Below, piece after piece: positions 1 to 8,306 of a stretch of 64,000 nucleotides of DNA. Origin of the DNA: Actinomycetota bacterium (lineage in GTDB: Bacteria; Actinomycetota; Actinomycetes; S36-B12; UBA5976). Every line of letters starts with the position of its first letter. Position 1 is the first letter of the stretch. Below the pieces are notes generated by a model. That model was not told where the DNA came from. It saw only the letters and a list, made by a program, of their open reading frames with translations, and ran no database searches. Where the stretch lies: NCBI GenBank assembly GCA_947448865.1, contig CANFOW010000001.1, positions 4,845 through 68,844 on the forward strand. The letters are read 5' to 3'. A program made the translations under genes and the position numbers.

Positions 1-664
1 GAAGTGGGAAACCATAGGTTGCCGGAATTGTTTCCATAATGACCGCTGCGACATCGCGACCACGTAACGCGTCTTCCATTGCGACTAAGTCGTTGAATGG
101 AACATGCGGGAATTCTTCGGGACGATCAGACAAAAACAGTTTCGAAAACCGATCATCACCCGTACCGACAGCAAGCCCCGTGTGTCCGTGGTAGGCCTTA
201 ATAATTGACACAATTTTGCGCTTTTGTGTTGCGTGACGTGCAGTCTTCAACGCGATGTCGATTGCTTCGCCACCACCTGAGCCGTACATGACTTTGTTCA
301 AGCCAGCAGGTGCACTCTTGACCAATGCTTCGGCTAGTGCGGTACGAGCTAAGGAAGGAAAGTGGTGGTTTCCGATGTCGAAGTGCTGCATGGCCATCGT
401 GACTGCCTGAACAACTTCGTTGTTGCGATGACCCAAGTTGTAGGTACCACCGTTGAGATGAGCATCAATCAGGCGCTTACCTGACATGTCGTAAATGAAG
501 TATTCCTCGCGACGGTCAATGACCAAAGGCACACCAGAATCTAGCCAAAACTGGGTCTTGCCTGGATTCCAATATTCTTTGGATTTTTCCAGCATCTCTT
601 CTTTAGACGCATACGAAAAAACGCCATAGTCGAACTCAGGCTTTACTGCCGTTGTTTCGTCCAT
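1..664 (-). CDS. Class-III PLP-dependent aminotransferase, N-terminal 221 codons; the 3' end runs off the left edge
   Basis: Absent from the ORF track because it has no in-window stop. Reverse translation from the ATG (complement of 662-664) gives MDETTAVKPEFDYGVF...LNGGTYNLGHRNNEVV...YGSGGGEAIDIALKTARH...AYHGHTG. These strings are typical of ornithine/GABA/putrescine-type aminotransferases. An AGGAGG SD (complement of 671-676) lies 6 nt upstream. Confidence 0.8.
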   Translation of the reverse strand, partial: MDETTAVKPEFDYGVFSYASKEEMLEKSKEYWNPGKTQFWLDSGVPLVIDRREEYFIYDMSGKRLIDAHLNGGTYNLGHRNNEVVQAVTMAMQHFDIGNHHFPSLARTALAEALVKSAPAGLNKVMYGSGGGEAIDIALKTARHATQKRKIVSIIKAYHGHTGLAVGTGDDRFSKLFLSDRPEEFPHVPFNDLVAMEDALRGRDVAAVIMETIPATYGFPL

Positions 665-721
665 CGCGCACCTCCTGCTGACTTACGCACCATGTTGTCA
701 CAAAACATACCAATTGGCTAT

Positions 722-765
722 ACCAAAATCAAGGTTTTGGTTTATTTTTGGTTTAGACCAGAAAA
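722..765. promoter_or_regulatory. Candidate operator: two adjacent inverted repeats built on the ACCAAAA/TTTTGGT half-site, in a divergent promoter region
   Basis: ACCAAAA-TCAAGG-TTTTGGT (722-741) is a perfect 7-bp inverted repeat. TTTTGGT-TTAG-ACCAGAAAA (746-765) is imperfect. Another ACCAAAA copy lies at 819-825 and a further palindrome AACCG-N7-CGGTT at 848-864. No cognate regulator is identified. Confidence 0.3.
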
Positions 766-940
766 TGCCCGATTTCATTGGCTCATTGGTCCGCAGGGAG
801 TGCCGAAACCACAAGACAACCAAAACACCTTCAAGAAATAATCCGAAAACCGTTGTTGTCGGTTGCAGTTTGTGGCAGTGTGCCTAGCAATGTGTGACAC
901 GCATCACCGCTGGGGTGGTGCCAAACGAAAGGGTCGCCAA

Positions 941-2533
941 ATGACGACAGATCACAACGAAGTGGCCTTACCTGGAGATCATCAGGTAAACGTCGGACTT
1001 CGTAAGGGTGCCATCGGCATGGTTTCGGTGCTGTTCATGGCGGTTGCAAACGCAGCGCCTATTACAGCCATGAGCTTCAACGTTCCTGTTGGATTGGGTT
1101 GGGGCAACGGAATTGGAGTTCCAGGTGGATTCCTTTTTGCAACAATCATTTTGACAATCTTCACGGTCGGTTTCGCCGCGATGTCAAAGCACATCACAAC
1201 AACTGGAGCCTTTTACGGATTCATTTCACACGGTCTTGGACAGGTGTGGGGTATGGCAGCCGGTCTGTTGGCAGCGCTTGGCTACGTACTATTTGAAGGC
1301 ACTCTCATTGGTGGCTTCTCGTACTTCGCCTCCGACACAATCAAGAGCATGGCTGGAGTCAGCATCGGCTGGTTGCCAATCGCGATTCTTGGCATGTTGC
1401 TTATTTGGGTGCTTACCTACTTCGACATCACTCTTGCCGCAGCTGTTCTTGGCGTGACCTTGGTTTCTGAAGTTCTCTTGCTTCTTGCATTTGGTATTTC
1501 AGTTCTTATCAAGGGTGGACCTGATGGCTTCATGCCAGCAGACACTGTGTCACCACTTGCAGGTTTCCATAACCTTGAAGCTGGCGCACATGGTTCACAG
1601 GTCGGAGCTGGCGTTGCTGCTCTTGGTATCTTCTTCGCATTCTGGTCATGGATTGGTTACGAAACCACAGCTGTATACGGTGAAGAATCAAAGGATCCAA
1701 AGCACATCGTTCCTCGCGCAACACTGATTGCGGTAATTGGACTTGGCTTGTTCTACACATTCATGTCATGGATGGCCGTTGTTGCCAATGGCGCAAAGAC
1801 CGCAGTCGAAACCGCAGCAGGCGCAGCTCCAGTTGATGTCTGGCTGATTCCAGTCAAGGCTAACCTTGGATCGCTTCCATACGGCTTGTACCGCATTCTG
1901 CTCGTGGTTGGATCTTTCGCTTGTGCGATGGCATTCCACAACGCAGGCTCGCGTTACATCTATGCAATTGGCCGCGAACTTCCATCAAAGAAGCTTCGTG
2001 ACACAATCGGTAGCACTCACCCAACCCACCAGTCACCTGCTGTTGCTTCAACAATTGCAACTGGATTCAACATCGTCATGGTGTTGTTGTTCGCAACAAT
2101 GTCCACAGCGTTTATTACAGATGCATCGGGTAACGCAGTCTCGGAACCAACATTGATTCCTTACCAAGTTATTTACACTGTGCCTTCGTTGGTTGGAACA
2201 GCGTTCATCTTGGTTGTGCAGGTCCTGTGCTCACTAGCAGTGATTGGTTACTTCTGGAAGAAGAAGGTTCACCAAGGTAGTGTCCTTGCCACACTCGTTG
2301 CGCCAATCATTGGTGCAGCTGGCATGGTTTACGTACTGTGGCTCCTGTTCAGCAACCTGGCATTCGCTGCAGGTTTCCAGTCAGGTGCTCTTATGGTCAA
2401 GTACTTGCCATACGAAATCGCTGGTACGTTGCTCATTGGTTTGCTCTACGCCTACTGGGTTAAGGCAAAGCATGCTGACATCTACGCTGAAATCGGACGC
2501 ACTGTTTTGGCAGAAGCGCACGAACGTAAGTAA
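941..2533 (+). CDS. APC-superfamily amino acid/polyamine permease
   Basis: About 12 hydrophobic helices and APC-like composition. I prefer the ATG at 941 (MTTDHNEV, GAAAGGG upstream) over the track's TTG at 863, whose extension is Cys/His/Trp-rich and unprotein-like. Confidence 0.85.
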   Translation: MTTDHNEVALPGDHQVNVGLRKGAIGMVSVLFMAVANAAPITAMSFNVPVGLGWGNGIGVPGGFLFATIILTIFTVGFAAMSKHITTTGAFYGFISHGLGQVWGMAAGLLAALGYVLFEGTLIGGFSYFASDTIKSMAGVSIGWLPIAILGMLLIWVLTYFDITLAAAVLGVTLVSEVLLLLAFGISVLIKGGPDGFMPADTVSPLAGFHNLEAGAHGSQVGAGVAALGIFFAFWSWIGYETTAVYGEESKDPKHIVPRATLIAVIGLGLFYTFMSWMAVVANGAKTAVETAAGAAPVDVWLIPVKANLGSLPYGLYRILLVVGSFACAMAFHNAGSRYIYAIGRELPSKKLRDTIGSTHPTHQSPAVASTIATGFNIVMVLLFATMSTAFITDASGNAVSEPTLIPYQVIYTVPSLVGTAFILVVQVLCSLAVIGYFWKKKVHQGSVLATLVAPIIGAAGMVYVLWLLFSNLAFAAGFQSGALMVKYLPYEIAGTLLIGLLYAYWVKAKHADIYAEIGRTVLAEAHERK

Positions 2534-2545
2534 AAGTTAAACAAC

Positions 2546-2586
2546 CGAATAGGGGTGTGAGGCAATATGTCTCACACCCCTATTCG
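2546..2586 (+). terminator. Perfect 16-bp stem / 9-nt loop hairpin after the permease gene
   Basis: CGAATAGGGGTGTGAG (2546-2561) pairs base for base with CTCACACCCCTATTCG (2571-2586). It starts 13 nt after the stop codon. No clear U-tract follows (ACTTTA), so its terminator strength is uncertain. Confidence 0.5.
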
Positions 2587-2603
2587 ACTTTAGGAGAGAC
2601 ATC

Positions 2604-3641
2604 ATGAGCGACGACATTTGTACTTGGGCACCACAGGAAGATGCTGATCCAGCAACATTTGCTTACACATTTGGTGGACAGCAACCTGTTGTATCGGTAA
2701 AGCCAGGAACGGTTATTGACTCATGGTCGTTTGACTGCTTTGGCGGACGCGTGCGGTCGATATCAGACATGTCCACACAGGTATGCGACCCGCGTTACCT
2801 GAATCCGCAGACTGGACCTTTTTATGTTGAAGGCGCCGAACCTGGCGACACCCTCGCGGTGCACTTTGTGTCAATCGAACCGCGCTACACCTGGGGTGTG
2901 AGTACGACAGTTCCATTCTTTGGGTCGCTCACATCAACCATTACAACGGCAACCCTGCAACAACCATTGGATGAGCGCACGTGGATTTACGAACTAGATC
3001 TTGAGCAGCGCTTGGTGCATTACGAAGCACGCGATTCCAAGTTCACTGCTGCTCTTCCACTAGATCCCATGCATGGAACAGTCGGTGTAGCGCCGGGCTT
3101 AAGCGAAGTGCGCTCGTCACTCACGCCCGGAGATTGGGGCGGCAACATGGACACACCTGAAATGCGAGCTGGCGTGACGTGCTACCTCAACGTGAACGTT
3201 GAAGGCGCACTGTTCTCATTCGGAGATGGTCACGCACGTCAAGGCGAAGGAGAAACATGTGGCGTTGCAGTCGAATGTGCAATGGACACTGTGTTGATTT
3301 TGGATTTGATTAAAAACACCGGTACCCCATGGCCTCGCATTGAATCCGATACTCACATCATGACAACGGGTTCAACTAAACCTCTCGAAGACGCATTTCG
3401 GGTTGCTCATTCTCAAATGGTGCATTGGGTCAGCGATGTTACAGGCCAATCAACTTTGGACAGCTACCAGTTCGTGTCGCAGGTCGCTCAAACACCAGTT
3501 GCAAACGTTGTCGACACGAATTACACAATGGTGGCGAAAGTCGCAAAGGAACATCTGGGAGAGGTCACCATCATGAACGGAATGCATGCGAAAATGCGAG
3601 CACGAGCTGCTTCATGGCGTGCTCAGACTGGGAGAAAGTAA
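2604..3641 (+). CDS. Acetamidase/formamidase-family amidohydrolase
   Basis: Carries the family signature region WGGNMDTPEMRAGVTCYLNVNVEGALFSFGDGHARQGEGETCGVAVECAMD. GGAGAG SD lies upstream of the ATG at 2604. Confidence 0.8.
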   Translation: MSDDICTWAPQEDADPATFAYTFGGQQPVVSVKPGTVIDSWSFDCFGGRVRSISDMSTQVCDPRYLNPQTGPFYVEGAEPGDTLAVHFVSIEPRYTWGVSTTVPFFGSLTSTITTATLQQPLDERTWIYELDLEQRLVHYEARDSKFTAALPLDPMHGTVGVAPGLSEVRSSLTPGDWGGNMDTPEMRAGVTCYLNVNVEGALFSFGDGHARQGEGETCGVAVECAMDTVLILDLIKNTGTPWPRIESDTHIMTTGSTKPLEDAFRVAHSQMVHWVSDVTGQSTLDSYQFVSQVAQTPVANVVDTNYTMVAKVAKEHLGEVTIMNGMHAKMRARAASWRAQTGRK

Positions 3642-4075
3642 TGCCACGTGTTGAACGAATGGAAATTGATCTCGCACTTGCATTAGCAATGATTGAAGCT
3701 GCAACTGCAAAAGCCCGCGAAATAAACGCGCCTATGTCGATTGCCATTCTCGATGCTGGCGCAAACTTACTTGCCTTCCATCGCATGGATGGCGCTGAAC
3801 TTGCTGGTCCAAACTTAGCTATCGACAAGGCGTACACATCAGTTACCAATCGCATCGAGACTGGAGACCTCAAGTCCCGCGTTGCCCCAGACGGTGACTT
3901 GCCTGGCATGTTCGCGAATGGCAACGGACGCTACATTGCATTTGCCGGCGGTATCCCTTGCTGGGATGGCGACCGTGTCGTTGGCGCTATCGGCGTTAGC
4001 GGCGGATCGTGGGACGAAGACCAAGTATGTGCACAAGCAAGTATCACTGTGTTTGAAGCAGCGGCTCGCGCATGA
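3641..4075 (+). CDS. GlcG/DUF336 (PduO C-terminal-domain-like) putative heme/cofactor-binding protein
   Basis: Motifs AILDAGANLLAFHRMDGA, AIDKAYTS and GAIGVSGG..DEDQ. The start ATG shares one base with the upstream stop (TAATG). The track's longer ORF (3425) overlaps the formamidase gene in another frame. Confidence 0.8.
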   Translation: MPRVERMEIDLALALAMIEAATAKAREINAPMSIAILDAGANLLAFHRMDGAELAGPNLAIDKAYTSVTNRIETGDLKSRVAPDGDLPGMFANGNGRYIAFAGGIPCWDGDRVVGAIGVSGGSWDEDQVCAQASITVFEAAARA

Positions 4076-6300
4076 GTGAGGTCATTGGGCGTTTTCGTTT
4101 TATGAACGAACAGCGAGTGAATCTCGATGGGTTCGCTACGCCTGATGCAAATCTTGGACTCATAGCTTTCGATTCACCACACGATCCGCAACCATCACTG
4201 ACATTGCACAACGGCGTTGTCATTGAGATGGATGGGAAAACAAGCGACGACTTTGACACGATTGATCAATTCATTGCTCTGCATGGTTTGGATTTAGCAA
4301 TTGCAGAAGAAGCCATGGCAATCGATAGTCTGCGCTTTGCTCGCGATCTTGTTGACATGAATGTGTCGCGTGCCTCGCTTGTACGTCTGGCTGCTGGAAT
4401 GACTCCCGCAAAGCTTGCTCAGGTGTTGTCACAGCTGAATGCTGCTGAACTCGTTATCGCTATGACGAAGATGCGTGCCCGTAGTACTCCGAGCAACCAA
4501 GCACACGTGACGAATCGTTCCGATGATCCGTTACTACTTGCAGCCGATGCAGCAACTGCGGCGGCCTTTGGCTTCCGTGAAATCGAAACCACAGTTCCTG
4601 TCCTCGGTGATGCGCCATCAAACGCAGTAGCAGTCTCTATAGGTGCGGCAGTCGGTTCGCCAGGAATGCTCGTGCAATGTTCAGTCGAAGAAGCAACAGA
4701 ACTCGCACTGGGTATGCGCGGCTTAGTGTCTTATGCCGAAACCGTGTCACTGTATGGAACCGAGCAAATCTTTGTTGATGGTGATGACACTCCATGGTCC
4801 AAAGCATTTCTGACCAGTGCATATGCATCTCGCGGAATCAAAATGCGCGTGACATCTGGTGGTGGCTCGGAAGCATTAATGGGTGGCTCCGAAAAATGCA
4901 GCATGTTTTATCTCGAGGCACGTTGTGTATCACTGGCTCGCGCAATGGGAGCACAAGGCGTGCAAAACGGTGGCATTGACGCTGCATCTGTTGCTGGGTC
5001 GGTTCCCGGTGGCGTGCGATCACTGATGGCAGAAAATGTCATGGTCATGTTGCGCAATCTTGAAGCCTGTACGGGCAATGATGCCTTGATGAGCGAGTCT
5101 GAAGTACGTCGCACATCGCGCACACATCCAATTTTTATTGCGGGTTCGGATTTTATTTGCAGCGGCTTTGGATCAATTCAGCGCTACGACAACATGTTTG
5201 GTCCGAGTAACTGGAACTCCGAAGACATTGATGACTTTCTGGCGATGCAGCGTGACTGGGGTGTTGATGCGGGATTACGCACTGCAACCGAACGGGATGT
5301 AGCAGCGCTTCGTCGTCGAGCCACCGAAGCAGTCACAGCCGTGTACTCGTGGCTTGGGCTTGGGGATTTTTCTTCGGAATGGGCTGAGCAAGCAATTGAC
5401 GCAGCTGGTTCAAAAGATGTGCCCGATGCGGACCTTATGTTGCCATTGAGTGCTTCTCGCACAATCGTGGATACCGATGTCACAATGCTCGATGTCATCG
5501 CAGCACTGGCTGAAAATGGTTTCGACATTGAAGCAGAACGTTGTCTGGACATGTTGAAGGCACGTGTGCAAGGTGATTACTTGCAAACTGCGGCAATCTT
5601 TGATGAAAGCATGAATGTGTTATCGCTCATCACCGATCCGAACACATACGCAGGACCCGGCACCGGTTACCGACCATCTCCTGAACGCCAAGAAGTTATT
5701 GACACGATTCGTCAACAACAATCCGTCAGTGACATTCGTGCCGAGCAACACTCGTATGCAACGCACAACATTGTGGCAACAGGAACGGCGCACATCAGTC
5801 ATGATCCACGCGATGTTGTGATTGGTGTCTCCCCTGCCACTGGTAAAGACATCTGGCGCACTCTGTCTGGACTCAGCGTTGCTGAGGTCCTGCATGAATT
5901 TATGGCAGGGCTTGAAGAAGAAGGATGTATCGGTCGAATTGTGCGCATTAATGACACTGTCGACTTAGGAATGATTGGACTCACAGCCGCGCGCATGTCT
6001 GGTTCTGGAATCAGCATCGGTCTGCAAGCGAAAGGTACTGCGCTCATCCACCGACGCGATCTTGCACCGCTTGCAAACCTTGAGTTGTATTCGGTTGCAC
6101 CGTCTCTTAATCGAGAGCTATATCGCCAAATGGGAATCAATGCCGGACGCCATGCAAAGGGTGCAACACCCGAACCAATGCGTAACCCGTATTCCGATGA
6201 AGCCATTGAAGCTCGCTATCACACGAAGGTCGTTGGACTTGTCGCTATCGAACGTGATTGCTCAAGCGACACCGCACCAGAAACTATGGAGGTGCGCTAG
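4072..6300 (+). CDS. Coenzyme-B12-dependent diol/glycerol dehydratase, large (alpha) and medium (beta) subunits fused in one 742-aa polypeptide
   Basis: Residues 1 to ~555 are collinear with PduC/GldA as I recall it (SNQAHVTN, FREIETTV, EEATELALGM, GDDTPWSK, MFYLEARC, QGVQNG, TGNDA, GSDFICSG, YDNMFGPSN, GDYLQTAA). The C-terminal ~190 aa match PduD (RDVVIGVSPATG, SGSGISIGLQAKGTALIH, LANLELY). ATGA overlap with the upstream gene. Confidence 0.9.
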   Translation: MSEVIGRFRFMNEQRVNLDGFATPDANLGLIAFDSPHDPQPSLTLHNGVVIEMDGKTSDDFDTIDQFIALHGLDLAIAEEAMAIDSLRFARDLVDMNVSRASLVRLAAGMTPAKLAQVLSQLNAAELVIAMTKMRARSTPSNQAHVTNRSDDPLLLAADAATAAAFGFREIETTVPVLGDAPSNAVAVSIGAAVGSPGMLVQCSVEEATELALGMRGLVSYAETVSLYGTEQIFVDGDDTPWSKAFLTSAYASRGIKMRVTSGGGSEALMGGSEKCSMFYLEARCVSLARAMGAQGVQNGGIDAASVAGSVPGGVRSLMAENVMVMLRNLEACTGNDALMSESEVRRTSRTHPIFIAGSDFICSGFGSIQRYDNMFGPSNWNSEDIDDFLAMQRDWGVDAGLRTATERDVAALRRRATEAVTAVYSWLGLGDFSSEWAEQAIDAAGSKDVPDADLMLPLSASRTIVDTDVTMLDVIAALAENGFDIEAERCLDMLKARVQGDYLQTAAIFDESMNVLSLITDPNTYAGPGTGYRPSPERQEVIDTIRQQQSVSDIRAEQHSYATHNIVATGTAHISHDPRDVVIGVSPATGKDIWRTLSGLSVAEVLHEFMAGLEEEGCIGRIVRINDTVDLGMIGLTAARMSGSGISIGLQAKGTALIHRRDLAPLANLELYSVAPSLNRELYRQMGINAGRHAKGATPEPMRNPYSDEAIEARYHTKVVGLVAIERDCSSDTAPETMEVR

Positions 6301-6659
6301 TGCCACAAGGATTTTCTGGAAAAGATTCCAATGAAGTATCAGTTGATGCAATTCGCAAAGGTGAAGTCACTATTGATGATGTGCGCATTCATCCAGACAC
6401 ACTCGAACATCAGGCAACTGTTGCTGGCGAACATGGGAATGCTCAACTAGCAGCGAACTTCCGACGAGCTGCGGAACTGACTCGCATGACTGATGAATAC
6501 GTGTTGTCTCTGTATGACGCCTTGCGACCAGGCAGATCCACTCATGACACGTTGCTTGAGTACGCCCGCGACCTTGAAGCAGCCGGAGCGCCGTTAAATG
6601 CAGAACTGTTCCGACAAGCAGCTTCTGCCTACCAGCGCCGCGGATTAACTGCACAATAG
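6300..6659 (+). CDS. pduE: Diol/glycerol dehydratase small (gamma) subunit
   Basis: DDVRIHPDTLEHQA...NFRRAAELT...LYDALRPGRST...LEYARDLE matches the PduE core. GTG at 6300 overlaps the upstream TAG (TAGTG), with GGAGG at 6288-6292. The track start at 6258 lies inside the alpha-beta gene. Confidence 0.85.
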   Translation: MPQGFSGKDSNEVSVDAIRKGEVTIDDVRIHPDTLEHQATVAGEHGNAQLAANFRRAAELTRMTDEYVLSLYDALRPGRSTHDTLLEYARDLEAAGAPLNAELFRQAASAYQRRGLTAQ

Positions 6660-6663
6660 CCAT

Positions 6664-8295
6664 ATGACTGTTATCGCCGGTGTCGATATCGGCAACTCCA
6701 CTACGGAAATTGTGCTGAGCATTGACGGTCAACCACGCGCCTGGGATCGACGCCCAACCCGTGGACACAAAGGATCACTGGCAAGTGTGCAAGCAGCTGC
6801 CGCACTGCTGCGAGCCGTCGAACGCACGAGTGGACTAAACGCCGATGTTGTGGTTGTTGCACCATGGCAACCTGTCACAAGTGACACTGCAACTATTCAT
6901 GAAGCACCGCCTTTCACTGGTCGTTTTGCCATCATTGATTGCGCGAGTCACAGTGTCGTCGGAAATTCGCATGCAATCGGTGTGCCTTGGCTCGTAACAG
7001 AGCCTGCAACACCGGAAAGTGATGTCATCGCGCTTGTTCCATCCGCAATGGACTTTGCGACAGCTGCTAATACTTTGACGAGCGCGCACGATAATGGCGT
7101 ACGCATTGTTGGAGTGGCAGTTGAAAACGATGAAGCGGTATTAATTTCGGCGCGAGTTACGTTTAACGCCCCCATTGTGGATCGCATTGCTATTTCAGAC
7201 TTAGCTTCGGCTACTCAGATATTTTTAGAAGTGCGTCCCGCTGGTTCTGGCGTGACTACCGCAACAGATGTGTGGGCACTCAGTTCGGCTTTTAATGCGG
7301 CTGATCAGGAACGGGATTACTTGGCGCACATTGCTCGCTGGGTATACGGGGAACGCGCCGTCGTTCTTGCTGCGTTTCCTGAAAGCAACGCACTTCCCAT
7401 ACAACCTGAAGTCGCTCGCGTCCATACACACGACGGAGGTTGGCAGGAACTTTTTGGCCTTGTCGATAACCAATTGCACGTAAACGCAGTTGATGCGATT
7501 GCGCTTCCTGATCACGGCGAAAACACAGTGAGCGATTTGTGGGCGGTTGACGTCACGGCAAGTTTGCGCAGCCGTGGAATCCGAACCCGTTCTCACTCAC
7601 GAACCATTGCGGTAGCAACGTTGGCCGACTCACCTGCAGTTCCAAGTCAAAACCTTGCAGAAATATTTGGAGTACCCGTTCGAACTGTTCACTCCGAAGC
7701 CTCAGCTGCCGCACAAGGCGCTCGCACTACTCCGGGTATTTCGCAGAATGCAGTCATCATCGACATTGGTGGCGGCACAATCGACTTAATAGGCGATGCT
7801 CCACTGGTCGCAGCAGGTGCGGGCGACTTACTGACAGCCGCTGTGGCATTCGCGATTGATGTGCCACGAGGCGCAGCCGACTGGATTAAGCGCGGACCTG
7901 CCCAACGAGTCGAGGCACCAACTGTTGTCCTCACCGAAGATGGGGCAAAAACCTTTGTTGACCAACCCATCCCAGCACCACTGACTGGCTCGCTGGTTGC
8001 CCAAGGGCCAAGTGGCTTCCTATCTTTTGGAAGTACGTTGTCGCCAGCCGAATGGCGCATCGCTCGGCAAGGTCTCAAGTCATCAGTGCTTGCAGCCAAC
8101 GTGCACAGACTTATTGCGAGCACACAGTTAACCCAACCCGTTGACGTGATTGTTGTTGGTGGGCCAGCTGCCGACGATGAACTCATCCCACTGCTCAGTC
8201 AATTACCGAGTCTTGGCAATGTTGGTCGGGGTAATGTGGCAGGCGTACTAGGTCATCGCTATGCAGTGGCATTTGGTTTGACCCTGAGCATCTGA
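6664..8295 (+). CDS. Diol dehydratase reactivase (reactivating factor) large alpha subunit
   Basis: IAGVDIGNSTTE N-terminus, IIDIGGGTIDLIG, AGAGDLLT, VVGGPAADDE and GRGNVAGVLGHRYAVAFGL are collinear with PduG/DdrA. The protein is 543 aa versus ~610 in enteric homologues. Confidence 0.85.
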   Translation: MTVIAGVDIGNSTTEIVLSIDGQPRAWDRRPTRGHKGSLASVQAAAALLRAVERTSGLNADVVVVAPWQPVTSDTATIHEAPPFTGRFAIIDCASHSVVGNSHAIGVPWLVTEPATPESDVIALVPSAMDFATAANTLTSAHDNGVRIVGVAVENDEAVLISARVTFNAPIVDRIAISDLASATQIFLEVRPAGSGVTTATDVWALSSAFNAADQERDYLAHIARWVYGERAVVLAAFPESNALPIQPEVARVHTHDGGWQELFGLVDNQLHVNAVDAIALPDHGENTVSDLWAVDVTASLRSRGIRTRSHSRTIAVATLADSPAVPSQNLAEIFGVPVRTVHSEASAAAQGARTTPGISQNAVIIDIGGGTIDLIGDAPLVAAGAGDLLTAAVAFAIDVPRGAADWIKRGPAQRVEAPTVVLTEDGAKTFVDQPIPAPLTGSLVAQGPSGFLSFGSTLSPAEWRIARQGLKSSVLAANVHRLIASTQLTQPVDVIVVGGPAADDELIPLLSQLPSLGNVGRGNVAGVLGHRYAVAFGLTLSI

Positions 8296-8306
8296 ATCGA
8301 GGAATT

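Noticed and set aside
863-940. 5' extension of the permease ORF given in the track (TTG at 863, MQFVAVCLAMCDTHHRWGG...).
   Set aside because: The extension is Cys/His/Trp-rich with no SD. The ATG at 941 has a purine-rich SD and begins a normal permease N-terminus.
3425-3640. Long upstream extensions of true genes in the ORF track. Examples: 3425 for the GlcG gene, 6258 for the gamma subunit, 16450 for potC, 20595 for LysR, 33398 for the SDR, 39303 for sodN, 48843 for hisN, 59311 for the SRPBCC-like gene, 53900 for the kinase and 51136 for the P450.
   Set aside because: Each extension overlaps the preceding gene out of frame or crosses an intergenic promoter region. Each also has a downstream start with an SD or a canonical ATGA/TAATG/GTGA coupling overlap.
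3641-8295. Interpreting the diol dehydratase genes as part of a Pdu-type bacterial microcompartment locus.
   Set aside because: No BMC-domain shell protein, PduP/L/W/Q or adenosyltransferase genes are present in the window. All neighbouring ORFs have other assignments.
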